Assembly: GCA_963719495.1 (NCBI GenBank)
Contig: CAVRCI010000009.1
Location: 96,001-160,000, forward strand
From: an uncultured Verrucomicrobiae bacterium
GTDB lineage: Bacteria; Verrucomicrobiota; Verrucomicrobiia; Chthoniobacterales; JAATET01
Direction: 5' to 3'
DNA: 64,000 nt
The notes under the pieces: generated by a model
The model's database searches: none
The model's input: only the letters and a program-made list of their open reading frames with translations
Told to the model about the DNA's origin: nothing
Translations under genes and position numbers: made by a program
Shown here: positions 41,262 to 50,413 of the stretch, piece after piece
How the letters are laid out: each line of letters opens with the position of its first letter
Position numbering within the stretch: position 1 is the first letter of the stretch

Positions 41262-42038
41262 ATGGCGGGCGGCTACTACACACCTCGATACTGGATCCAC
41301 GACCTCGCCGCCAGCATCGTTTACCGAGGCGTCGCCTCCGCCGCCCGGCTCCTCACCGCCCGACCGTCACTCGCCGAGAACGAAGTCCTCCGTCACTTCC
41401 GCTGGATGGTGAAGCGAGGCTTCGTCCCCACGCTCCTCATGGCCTTCCTCTACGGCATGCTGGCCGCGTATTTTCCCGCCTCCTACCTCGGCAACCCAGA
41501 CCTCTTTCGCGAATGGATCATGCCGCACTTCGGCGGATTCTTCGTCTCCTTCCTCGTCCCCTTCGCCGTCGCGAATCTCTTCTGCGTCCGCGGCGTCGTC
41601 GCCATCGCCGCCGACCTCACCGGCATGCGCCTTTCCCAGGAGATCGACATCCTCGACACCCTCGGCGTCGACGTCGCCCGCCAGCTTTTCGCCCCCCGCG
41701 CGCTCGCCCTCGTCCTCCTCGCCCCCGTCCTCGCCATCCTCGGCGTCGGCTTCGGCGCGCTCGGATGCTACCTCGGGACCTCGATATTCCTCCCCATCGG
41801 CATCGCAGAATTCTGGCGCGAATTCATGGCCAGCGTCACACCCACCCTCTACCTCGTGACCGTCATCAAAGCCGCCGCCATCGCCTTCGTTCTCGCGATC
41901 ATCGCCGGGTCCCACGCCTTCGCCCCGATCGCACCCGGCTCCCGCGACATCGTTGGCCGACTCACCACGAAAGCCGTCGCCGTCGCCTCGCTCGGCGTCA
42001 CCGTCCTCAACCTCCTTTTCCGGATGGCCACCTCGTGA
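41262..42038 (+). CDS. MlaE-like ABC permease (divergent)
   Basis: AIAADLTGMRLSQEIDILDTLGVD...LFAPR; VGRLTTKAV. Confidence 0.85.
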   Translation: MAGGYYTPRYWIHDLAASIVYRGVASAARLLTARPSLAENEVLRHFRWMVKRGFVPTLLMAFLYGMLAAYFPASYLGNPDLFREWIMPHFGGFFVSFLVPFAVANLFCVRGVVAIAADLTGMRLSQEIDILDTLGVDVARQLFAPRALALVLLAPVLAILGVGFGALGCYLGTSIFLPIGIAEFWREFMASVTPTLYLVTVIKAAAIAFVLAIIAGSHAFAPIAPGSRDIVGRLTTKAVAVASLGVTVLNLLFRMATS

Positions 42039-42736
42039 CCGATCCCGCCCTCGCCCTCCGCGGCATCGTTCTCCACCCCGCCGCCCCCGCCATCGACCTC
42101 ACCGTCGATTCCGGAGAAAGCTTCGCCGTCCTCGGTGGCAACGGCTCCGGGAAAAGCCGGTTCCTCGCCGCGATCCTCGGCCAGTTCGACAGCGACGGCG
42201 AATCCCTCATCTTCGGCGTCGCCGCCCACCGCCCCTCCACCCGCCGCCGCGCGCTCGCCGAAGTCGGCGTCCTCTTCCAGGAAAATGGCCTCCTCCGCGA
42301 CCTCACCGTCCGCGAGAACGTCGCCCTCCCCGGACTCGTCCGCGCCCGGCTCCGACCCGCCGCCAACGAGGCCGACACCGCCACCCTCCTCGCCCTCCTC
42401 GACTGCGCCCACCTTGCCGCCGCCTACCCGTCGGAACTCAGCGCCGGCGAAGCCCGCCGCGTCGCGCTCGCCCGCGCCATCGCCGGCGACAGCCGCCTCC
42501 TCCTCGTCGACGAACCCACCGCCGGCCTCTCCGAAGACGGCCGCGAACGCGTCATCTCCCTCCTCCGCGCCCTCCTCGCCGAGCGGGTCGTCGAGACCCT
42601 CGTCACCTTCACCGAAGACCGCCGCCTCGCCGCCGCCCTCGCCCCCCGCCACCTCCACCTCGAGCGCCGGGGCGAGACTTTCGGAATCAGCCGCTCGGGA
42701 GCGGTTCCGCTCAGCGACGAAGTTGAGAGTCACTAG
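42035..42736 (+). CDS. MlaF-like ABC ATPase
   Basis: GGNGSGKS, LFQ, LTVRENVALP, LSAGE, LLLVDEPTAGL. Confidence 0.85.
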   Translation: MTDPALALRGIVLHPAAPAIDLTVDSGESFAVLGGNGSGKSRFLAAILGQFDSDGESLIFGVAAHRPSTRRRALAEVGVLFQENGLLRDLTVRENVALPGLVRARLRPAANEADTATLLALLDCAHLAAAYPSELSAGEARRVALARAIAGDSRLLLVDEPTAGLSEDGRERVISLLRALLAERVVETLVTFTEDRRLAAALAPRHLHLERRGETFGISRSGAVPLSDEVESH

Positions 42737-42812
42737 TTGAGGGTCGAATCCCAACAACGCCGCGCGCAAATCCGAAACTCCCAACTACCAACTCTCAACT
42801 CCTAACAACCTC

Positions 42813-43781
42813 ATGTCCGACCAACGCCGATTCTGGAGGGAAGTCTTCCCCAAATTCCTCGAAGCCACCGCCATCTGGACCATCGTCGCCGGAGCCATCG
42901 GCTGGCTCACCTGGAAGGAAATCAACCGCACCCCCGATCAGGTCGATCTCGGACGCCCGCTCACCTTCACCGCCGACAACGCCTACGGCGTCGCCGACGG
43001 CAGCCCGCTCATCTGCCAGGGCATCCGCGTCGGCGAGATCCTCGCCGTCGAGCCCGTCACCACCGACGACGGCCGCCTCGAGATCCGCCTCGACGGGACC
43101 ATCGACCCCCGCTTCTCCGAGTGGGCCTTCGCGCCCGAAGCCGCCACCAAGGCCGGAGCCCTCTCCGGCATCACCGGCACCACCATCATTCTCACCTACG
43201 CTGGCGAGCGCACCGACACCGCCGACGAAGCCCCGCAGCAACTCGCCCTCACCGCACCCGAAGAGACCGGCCAGCAGATCACGCGCGTCCTCGCCGAAGT
43301 CACCAAAATCACCACCGCCTTCACCCATCCGATCGATCCCACCCTCCTTCCCGCCGACTGGCCCGCCGACGCCGACCCCATGCGCATCGGCGTCATCGTC
43401 CACAACCTCGAGCGCGCCACCAACACCCTCAAGACCGCCGCCGCAACTCTGGAACAAGAACTCGACGCCACCGACGAAGCCAGCCTCATGGCCAGCCTCC
43501 AAGGCATCCGCGCCAACGTCGACACGCTCACCGCCGAGGCCACCACCGTCCTCCGGACCCTCGACCGAAGCGTCGCCGGCATCGACGACAAGATTTCCGA
43601 CCTCGTCGGAAACTCGGCCAGCGACCGCGCCCAACCCCGCGAGGAAATCACCCGCGCCATCGCCCGCGCCGACGAACTCCTCACCCGCCTCAACGCCCTC
43701 ATTCCCCGCATCGGCGACACCTTCCTGGGCCGCCGCCTCATCGGCAAACCCGACGAACAAAGAGCCGAACCAGCCCGCTGA
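42813..43781 (+). CDS. MlaD/MCE-domain protein with helical extension
   Basis: N-terminal TM, AYGVADGSPLICQGIRVGEI, coiled coil. Confidence 0.82.
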   Translation: MSDQRRFWREVFPKFLEATAIWTIVAGAIGWLTWKEINRTPDQVDLGRPLTFTADNAYGVADGSPLICQGIRVGEILAVEPVTTDDGRLEIRLDGTIDPRFSEWAFAPEAATKAGALSGITGTTIILTYAGERTDTADEAPQQLALTAPEETGQQITRVLAEVTKITTAFTHPIDPTLLPADWPADADPMRIGVIVHNLERATNTLKTAAATLEQELDATDEASLMASLQGIRANVDTLTAEATTVLRTLDRSVAGIDDKISDLVGNSASDRAQPREEITRAIARADELLTRLNALIPRIGDTFLGRRLIGKPDEQRAEPAR

Positions 43782-43920
43782 CCAACGAGGTGGAGCGGGC
43801 ACTCCGTGCACGCTGGCGAGCGACTCCGCCTGCAAGCCCAGGAGCCGAGCTTCCAATCGGCACCGCCCGCCAACCCGCGCGGAGCGCGAGTTCCACCTTC
43901 GTCAGCTCAGCCGCTGCCCG

Positions 43921-44706
43921 CTACCGAAACGTCGCCATCTCATCCGCGTTCAAATAAGCGACCACGCTGAACCGCTCCCCATCCGACTCCGACAGCGCCA
44001 GCGTCACGTAATACGTCCCGGGCGGGGGTCGCACCAGCGTCGCGGTATTCCGCACGTCGTTGAAGACGAACCCCTTCTTTAATTGCCCCTTGCGCACCGA
44101 ACCCAGCTCGTGTCCCCGCAGGCCCTGGCCATTGTAGGGTTGCTCCGTCAACCACACCGAAAGCTCGAGGTCCCCGGTGTGGCCCGACCTCGTGTGGGAG
44201 ATCTTCGCCACCGACATCTCCACCGTTCCGCCTTCTTCGCTCCACCGCCAACTCCACGGCCCACGCATCGTGAATAGGGGAAGCGGCGGACCCAACTCCC
44301 GCCGCGAACCCATCGTCCGGTGATCCACGATCACGTATCCGCCCGAGCGATACTCCGTGAGGCACAGCGTGATGTAATAGCTTCGCCGCGTCCCGGGCCG
44401 GTTCACCTCCTCGGTCCGGATCACGTCCTCGTAATACTGCCCCGGCCCAAGCCCGTCGAGTTGACCGGAACTCGCCAGCAGCGTCCCGCGAATGCTCCCA
44501 CCCGAGTAGCGCGAATCCGTCGCCCAAAGCTGCAGCTTCAACGATCCGGTCGCGTTCTCCCGGCTCGAATTCCGAATCTCCCCGCCTTTGAGCACAACCG
44601 ACTTGTCCCCGTTGAAAAACTCCACGCCCGTCGAGGGTCCAAACTCCGGTCCGGCCCAACTCACGGAAGCCGCGGCCAGCAAAATGCGGATGATCAAATT
44701 TTTCAT
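43921..44706 (-). CDS. Hypothetical secreted protein with a tandem duplicated beta-rich domain
   Basis: Signal peptide; TGSLKLQLW..YSG...YYITLCL vs TGDLELSVW..YNG...YYVTLAL. Confidence 0.75.
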   Translation of the reverse strand: MKNLIIRILLAAASVSWAGPEFGPSTGVEFFNGDKSVVLKGGEIRNSSRENATGSLKLQLWATDSRYSGGSIRGTLLASSGQLDGLGPGQYYEDVIRTEEVNRPGTRRSYYITLCLTEYRSGGYVIVDHRTMGSRRELGPPLPLFTMRGPWSWRWSEEGGTVEMSVAKISHTRSGHTGDLELSVWLTEQPYNGQGLRGHELGSVRKGQLKKGFVFNDVRNTATLVRPPPGTYYVTLALSESDGERFSVVAYLNADEMATFR

Positions 44707-44710
44707 ATCT

Positions 44711-45928
44711 TTATTGGGTCGATTCCGCCTGTTCGTCGTAGCCGTCGATCTTGTTGTAGATGTCCATCGCGCTGTCCTGCGCCTCCATCTGAATAGTGTG
44801 CGCGGTCTCGGCGGCGACTGATTCGTCGAGTTCGATTTCCTCCCCGTTCTTCTCCACACCGACCAGCCGGTCGTATTCGAAATTGTAGATCGTCGTCGTC
44901 CGCCCACCGCTGTCGGCCTCCGCGTCGCTCCCCTTCTTCACCTCGAAGGCCGAGGCAACCAGACCATCCTTCCAGTAGTAGATGACGTAGGTTTCGTTGT
45001 CGTCGTCCGCGCTGTTGACCCACACGAGCTGCCTCAGGAATTCGTTCTCCGTGTCGAGATACCCCAGGTAGCTGATCCGGCGACCCGACTCGGCGTCCCA
45101 GTGGAGTTTCACCTTTTCCACGGCCCCCGACTCCACGTCGGCATCGATCTTTTCGTCCATCCGCGTTCGAAATTCCCGAAAGTCCCCCGCGGTCGACATC
45201 CGGGCCACGCCTTCCGAAGCGACGGGAGTCTGCTCCACTCCGTCGATCGATTTCACCACGGGTCCGTCGGGTCCGCGCGCCAGACTCACTGCGAAAATCC
45301 CCTCCCGGGACGTGTCTTCGTCACCGTCGTCTCCGAAGCGAATGTCGCCCGGACTCTGCCCGAGGTAATCGATCTTCACGTCGACCGGGTCCGCGAGGAC
45401 GAGATCGCCTTTCGGCAGATCGAGTCCACCCGGCGAGAAGCTGTAGAGAAGCTCATCGCCCGCCGCCGCGATCGCCGCTTTTTGCAGCATCGGCCCGATG
45501 GAAGCCTGGCTGCCAAATCCTCCGTCGACCTCGACCAGCACGACACCCGCCGACTCCCACTTCGTCTCGTAAAACAGCAGCGCCAGGCGACTCCCCTCCT
45601 GATCCGGCCCCCACTGGACCCGCAGCGAAGCGTGGTTGAGGTCGGGAAAATACGGGAAAGACCGCTCGTCGATCCCAGCGCCCGAGATGTCGAGCACTTG
45701 CCGCTTCTCCGGGAGGAATACGACCACGTTCTTTTCGAGATCCGCCGTCACCACGACGGCAAACTCGCCATCCGGCGAAGTCGTGCCCTCGATGATCCGC
45801 CCCGATCCCTGGTCGAACGCGATTTCCCGCGCCCCGAGCCACGGAACCAAAGTGCAAAAACCGAGAACGGTCAGAAAATTTCGGAGCGGCGGGCTGGTTT
45901 TTGGTGTTTTCGTCATTTCGCGGTTCAT
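44711..45928 (-). CDS. Hypothetical secreted acidic protein, paralog of 48275-49429
   Basis: Signal peptide; shared DGEF.VV.T.D, FPY, W.PD.EG, GRR.SYLGY, YVIYYW..GL, GRT..IYNFE motifs. Confidence 0.8.
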   Translation of the reverse strand: MNREMTKTPKTSPPLRNFLTVLGFCTLVPWLGAREIAFDQGSGRIIEGTTSPDGEFAVVVTADLEKNVVVFLPEKRQVLDISGAGIDERSFPYFPDLNHASLRVQWGPDQEGSRLALLFYETKWESAGVVLVEVDGGFGSQASIGPMLQKAAIAAAGDELLYSFSPGGLDLPKGDLVLADPVDVKIDYLGQSPGDIRFGDDGDEDTSREGIFAVSLARGPDGPVVKSIDGVEQTPVASEGVARMSTAGDFREFRTRMDEKIDADVESGAVEKVKLHWDAESGRRISYLGYLDTENEFLRQLVWVNSADDDNETYVIYYWKDGLVASAFEVKKGSDAEADSGGRTTTIYNFEYDRLVGVEKNGEEIELDESVAAETAHTIQMEAQDSAMDIYNKIDGYDEQAESTQ

Positions 45929-48207
45929 CGGGACGGGGACGGCTCGAGCCGATTCATCATGTCGTCGGCCGATTCGAGATAATTTCGGTCGTCCGCGGGC
46001 AGGTCAGCCGACATCGCCACGACCCGCCGGGCCAGCTCGAGCGCTTCCCCGTTTTCGCCGAGTTCCTCCAAGGCCAACGCCAACGTGAAGAGCGCTTCGA
46101 CGTGACGCGAGGGATCGAGTTCGTCGTTGGTTTCATAGGCGACGAGCGCCCTTCGCGACCAGAGCTCGACCGCCGGCCAATCGTCGGCCTTGAACGCGGT
46201 CGCGGTCCGAAAATCCGCCGACTGCGCCATGTCGGCGTGATTCTCTCCCAGCAATCGCACCCGCAGATCATAGCTCGCCTCCAGTGCCTCGTTGGCCGCG
46301 TCCAACTGCTCCGCACCCAGGAGCTTGACGCCAAGGAGGAGATTCTCGTCCGCAATCCGCGGGTCGTCCGGACCAAACGCCTCGGTGCGCGCGGCGATCA
46401 TTTCCCGCATGACGACCGCGAATTCATCGATCTTCCCCTGCCCCTCGAGCGCCCACGTGAGCGTCTTCATCGCACTGATCGTGGCCGCCTGACCCACCCC
46501 GATTTCGCGGATCCGGGCCGCGACCACCCGACGCGCCAGGGGCTCAGCCGCCTCGTATTCATCGTTCCCGACCAGCGCGTTCGCGAGCATTCCGGACAAA
46601 TAAACCGCCCGCTCGCTCTCCGGTCGCGATCCCCGCTCGACCGCGCTCAACGCCTCCCGATAAGTCGCGATCTCCGCCTCCGCGTCACCCGCCTCGTCGT
46701 GGAGTAAAGCGAGCCGCAGGTAAAAACCATCCGACGTCCGGTTGCCCACGCCGAACTCCTCGTCCGCCAAACGAATGATGTCCCGCAGCATTTCCGCGGC
46801 TTCGGCCGACACACCCTGCTTCTGCAGCGAGACGGCCTGGCTGCCCCGAGCCTGCAGAGTGAGCGCGCCTCCCGGCCCCTCCGTCCGCTCCCAGGCCGCG
46901 ATCACATTCTCGAGCAAAGCGTCCGCCTCCTCGAAGCTCTCCGCCTCCACCAGACTCTGCGCCAGACTCAGCCTGGCCTGCACCGCCCGCAGATCGTCGG
47001 CACCAAATGTCTTCTCCCGCGCCGCCGCGACGCGCTCCCGCAGACCAACCGCCTCGTCCGGCGGCACCATCCCGGCCAGGACCGTCATCAACTCCAGCGT
47101 CGCGGGATGCTCCGCGCCCAACCGCGGCTCGCCCGTCGCCCACTCCACCGCCTCGAACAACGCTTCGGGTGCCTCGGCCAAAGGTCGCCGCCGCTTCTCC
47201 GCCGCGCTCGTCAGCGCCGTCACTTCGGCCCAGGCCACCGGCTCGCTCTCGCGATCCACGAGCGCCAGATAGTCGACGTAAGCCGCGACCTCCTCCGTCG
47301 TTCGGCCCATTGCCTGCTCCGCCGCCGCCACCCGGAGCAACGCCGACAATTCTCCCGCGCGGTCACCCGATTCCCGCGCCGCCGCCAATGCTTGCGCCGC
47401 CGCCTCGATCTCCGCCGCCACCGCGTCGCGCACCTCGGCCACCGTCTGACCCCTCGCCTCCGCGACGTTCGCCTCGGCCAGCGCCACGACATCGGCCTCG
47501 CCTCCCGTGATCGACAGCCGCAGCCGTTCCTGCTCCGCCAGCAACTGCGCGATCAACGCACCCTGCGCGTCCAGCTTGCTCGCCGCCTCCGCGATCACCG
47601 CCTCCTGCGACTGCGATTTGGCGTAAAGAAAAACCCCACCCGCCACCGCGACCAGCAACGCCGCCGCCGCCACGACCAGCGTCAGCCGCCGCCGCGCCCG
47701 CTCCTTCGCCAGTTCGTCCCGCAACGACTCCACGCTGAGCTGCAGCTCCCGCGTCCGCGAGTTGAGGTCCTCCCGCGAATCGAATTCGTAATACAGCTCG
47801 TCCCGCTCGAGCAGCCGCCCCCGGTGCGCCACCTGCAGCTCCCGCTTGTCCTCCGGCTCCGGAGCGTGCTCGTCGAACGGAAATCTCTCCCCACACAAAA
47901 ACACGTAACACGGCAACCCCAGCTCCACCGCGATCTCATACTCCATCTGCGTGAAACTCCGCCGCTCCGGCCCGTCCAGCACCGGCTGCGGCTCCGCCCC
48001 GTAGTAGAATCCCGCCAGGTGCACCACCGCATTGCACGTCTCCAGCTTCGTCCGCAGCATCTCGCGAACGCTCTTGTAATCCGGCGGAAAATCGTCCTGC
48101 ACGATCGGCAGGCACTCCATCCGCCGCAGCCCCTCGCTCACCAACCCCCGCGCCGTCCGCAGATCCCGACTCGTGGCGCTGACAAAAATCCTCGGGACCG
48201 GTTGCAT
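45925..48207 (-). CDS. DUF4062 domain - TM helix - TPR repeat protein
   Basis: RIFVSATSRDL..AR, HLAGFYYG, SFTQMEYEIA; TM LTLVVAAAALLVAVAGGVFLY; kinesin-light-chain-like TPRs (LGAEHPATL, FGPDDP). Confidence 0.82.
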   Translation of the reverse strand: MQPVPRIFVSATSRDLRTARGLVSEGLRRMECLPIVQDDFPPDYKSVREMLRTKLETCNAVVHLAGFYYGAEPQPVLDGPERRSFTQMEYEIAVELGLPCYVFLCGERFPFDEHAPEPEDKRELQVAHRGRLLERDELYYEFDSREDLNSRTRELQLSVESLRDELAKERARRRLTLVVAAAALLVAVAGGVFLYAKSQSQEAVIAEAASKLDAQGALIAQLLAEQERLRLSITGGEADVVALAEANVAEARGQTVAEVRDAVAAEIEAAAQALAAARESGDRAGELSALLRVAAAEQAMGRTTEEVAAYVDYLALVDRESEPVAWAEVTALTSAAEKRRRPLAEAPEALFEAVEWATGEPRLGAEHPATLELMTVLAGMVPPDEAVGLRERVAAAREKTFGADDLRAVQARLSLAQSLVEAESFEEADALLENVIAAWERTEGPGGALTLQARGSQAVSLQKQGVSAEAAEMLRDIIRLADEEFGVGNRTSDGFYLRLALLHDEAGDAEAEIATYREALSAVERGSRPESERAVYLSGMLANALVGNDEYEAAEPLARRVVAARIREIGVGQAATISAMKTLTWALEGQGKIDEFAVVMREMIAARTEAFGPDDPRIADENLLLGVKLLGAEQLDAANEALEASYDLRVRLLGENHADMAQSADFRTATAFKADDWPAVELWSRRALVAYETNDELDPSRHVEALFTLALALEELGENGEALELARRVVAMSADLPADDRNYLESADDMMNRLEPSPSR

Positions 48208-48274
48208 CGCCCCACCCAAGGGGAAACCCGGTTGGCGGGCAACAATTTTACCCCTTGCAATCTGCTTGCGCTGC

Positions 48275-49429
48275 TCAGTCCGCCCCGATTTCCAGATAAA
48301 TCGGGCCCGCCCGTGCGATCGAATCATCCAGCACCCGTTCGCCCACTTCCGCAAAACCCGGCTCGTCCGGCGGCACCTCGGCCCCGTCCCGAATCCAGCC
48401 GACCAACTTCTGGTCCTCGAAATTATAGATCTCGTTCGTCCGCCCGACCTCGCTCATCTCCGTGTCGCGGCCCATTCGGACTTCGTAGGCCGACACCAGC
48501 AATCCCTCCCGCCAATAGTAAATGACGTAGCTCTTGTTCTCGTCGTCCTCCCGGTCGCTGTAGACGAGCTGCTCCAGCACGTAAGCTTTGACGTATCCCA
48601 GATAACTCAACCGCCGCCCCGGACGGTCGCTATCCGCGTGGACCTTCACCTTGCGAACGTCCTCGCCCTCCACCTCCACGTCGATCGCGTCCCGCAACGC
48701 CACGAATTCCTCCGCCGTCGACCCCGCTTCAACCGTTGGCTCCTCCTCCGGCTCGGGGTCGTCGCCCATGCTCGGCTCGACTTCGACCGCAAACACGTTC
48801 ACCTCCGGGTCATCGCCCGTCCGGGTGGCACGAACGAGCATTTCGCCCGTCATCTCCGACCGATCCGCCGCGGCGTATTTGACCCGGAACTCGATCGGCA
48901 CCGAGGGTCGCGGCTGCGGCTCATGGTGCTCGATCCATTTGGGCGTGTAGCGAAACACGGTGTCGGAATCCACGTCCACTCCCCTGGCCCGCTCGGCGGC
49001 CACGGCCGCGGCGTCCAGCTTCGGGAGAATGTCGTGCTGCGTCGCCGACTCCTGCGCCGCATCGATCAGATACGCCTTTACCGTCTCCGACTCCGTTCCG
49101 TAGAGCAGCAGCCCGAAATAATACCCCTCCATGTCTGGGCTCCACTTCACGAGCAGCGACTCGTCGTCCGACTCCGCCAGATACGGAAACAGCCGGTCGT
49201 CCTCCGCCGTGAGAGTCAGCACCGGCTTCTGGGTGCGCAGATTCACGATGAGATTTTCGTCATCCCCCGTCATCACAACGCCAAACTCCCCGTCCGCCGA
49301 AGCCGAATCATCCACCAACAAGCCCCGCTTCCCATCGTAAGTCGCGACCTCGAATTGAGCCGCGGCAAACGGAAGACCGAACCCGGCAAAAGCCAGGGAG
49401 AAAGAAAACACTGCGTCGAAAATCTTCAT
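48275..49429 (-). CDS. Hypothetical secreted acidic protein, paralog of 44711-45928
   Basis: Signal peptide; shared motifs across its length. Confidence 0.8.
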   Translation of the reverse strand: MKIFDAVFSFSLAFAGFGLPFAAAQFEVATYDGKRGLLVDDSASADGEFGVVMTGDDENLIVNLRTQKPVLTLTAEDDRLFPYLAESDDESLLVKWSPDMEGYYFGLLLYGTESETVKAYLIDAAQESATQHDILPKLDAAAVAAERARGVDVDSDTVFRYTPKWIEHHEPQPRPSVPIEFRVKYAAADRSEMTGEMLVRATRTGDDPEVNVFAVEVEPSMGDDPEPEEEPTVEAGSTAEEFVALRDAIDVEVEGEDVRKVKVHADSDRPGRRLSYLGYVKAYVLEQLVYSDREDDENKSYVIYYWREGLLVSAYEVRMGRDTEMSEVGRTNEIYNFEDQKLVGWIRDGAEVPPDEPGFAEVGERVLDDSIARAGPIYLEIGAD

Positions 49430-49496
49430 ACTTCGTTAGACTGCATATTACGAACCGCCCCGCGGTTCGAACCAATTCCGAAATCCCCCTGAGATG

Positions 49497-49595
49497 CGAA
49501 CCACGGAAGGACACGGATAAACACGGATGTTTATCCATGAATCGTATCCCCCATCCGCGTTCATCCGTGTCCATCCGTGGTTAAAAGCATTTCCG
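49497..49595. repeat. ~98-bp inverted-decamer element, copy 2
   Basis: cgaaccacggaaggacacggataaacacggat...atccgcgttcatccgtgtccatccgtggttaaaagcatttccg. Confidence 0.85.
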
Positions 49596-49633
49596 CATCG
49601 CATCCCGCACCCCCCCTCCTCTAAAAATCCAGG

Positions 49634-50413
49634 GTGCCCACCAAGCCCCGAGCCAGTCGAAAGCCCGCCGCCAAGCGGTCGACCCGCCGGACCAAACTCC
49701 GCACCAGCCTCGCGCCCACTCTCCCCGACACCGTCCCCACCCGCTGGGTCAAGTTCCTCGTCGGCCTCTTCCTGCTCCCCCCGGCCCTCATTCTCACCCA
49801 GACCTTCTTCACGGCCTTCGCCCGCGCCACGGTCCACGAGGCCTTCTGGGCCACCGAGGAATTCTGGTTCTTCAGCCTCGGACTCGTCCTCTGGATCGTC
49901 ACCTTCGTCGCGCTCCCCCGCCCCACCCTCGTCTACGTCTTCGGCCACGAACTCACCCACGCCATCTGGGTCTGGTGCATGGGCGGCCGCGTCAGCGCCT
50001 TCCAGGTGACCGAACGCGGCGGCCACATCCTCTCCGACCGCATCAACACCTGGATCGCCCTCGCCCCCTACTTCTTCCCCATCTACAGCCTCCTCGTCAT
50101 CGCCATCTACGGCGCCCTCGGCCTCGCCTTCGACCTCACCCCCTTCCGCCCCGTCCTCTTCATGCTCATCGGCGCGACCTGGGGCTTCCACCTCAGTTTC
50201 ACCCTCTGGATGATCCCCAAAGGCCAAAGCGACCTCCACTACGGCGGCACCTTCTTCTCGCTCACGATCATCTACACCCTCAACCTCGCCATCCTCGCCG
50301 TCTTCCTCGTCGTCGCCTCCCCGAACCTCACCCTCGCCACCTTCGGCCGCGACCTCCTCGACAACGCCATCACCGCCGCCGTCGCCGCCACCGACCTCGT
50401 CCAAAACCGCTGA
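49634..50413 (+). CDS. Membrane protein with HExxH motif (peptidase M50-like)
   Basis: YVFGHELTHA, IALAPYFFP, Q(S)D, several TM helices. Confidence 0.75.
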   Translation: MPTKPRASRKPAAKRSTRRTKLRTSLAPTLPDTVPTRWVKFLVGLFLLPPALILTQTFFTAFARATVHEAFWATEEFWFFSLGLVLWIVTFVALPRPTLVYVFGHELTHAIWVWCMGGRVSAFQVTERGGHILSDRINTWIALAPYFFPIYSLLVIAIYGALGLAFDLTPFRPVLFMLIGATWGFHLSFTLWMIPKGQSDLHYGGTFFSLTIIYTLNLAILAVFLVVASPNLTLATFGRDLLDNAITAAVAATDLVQNR

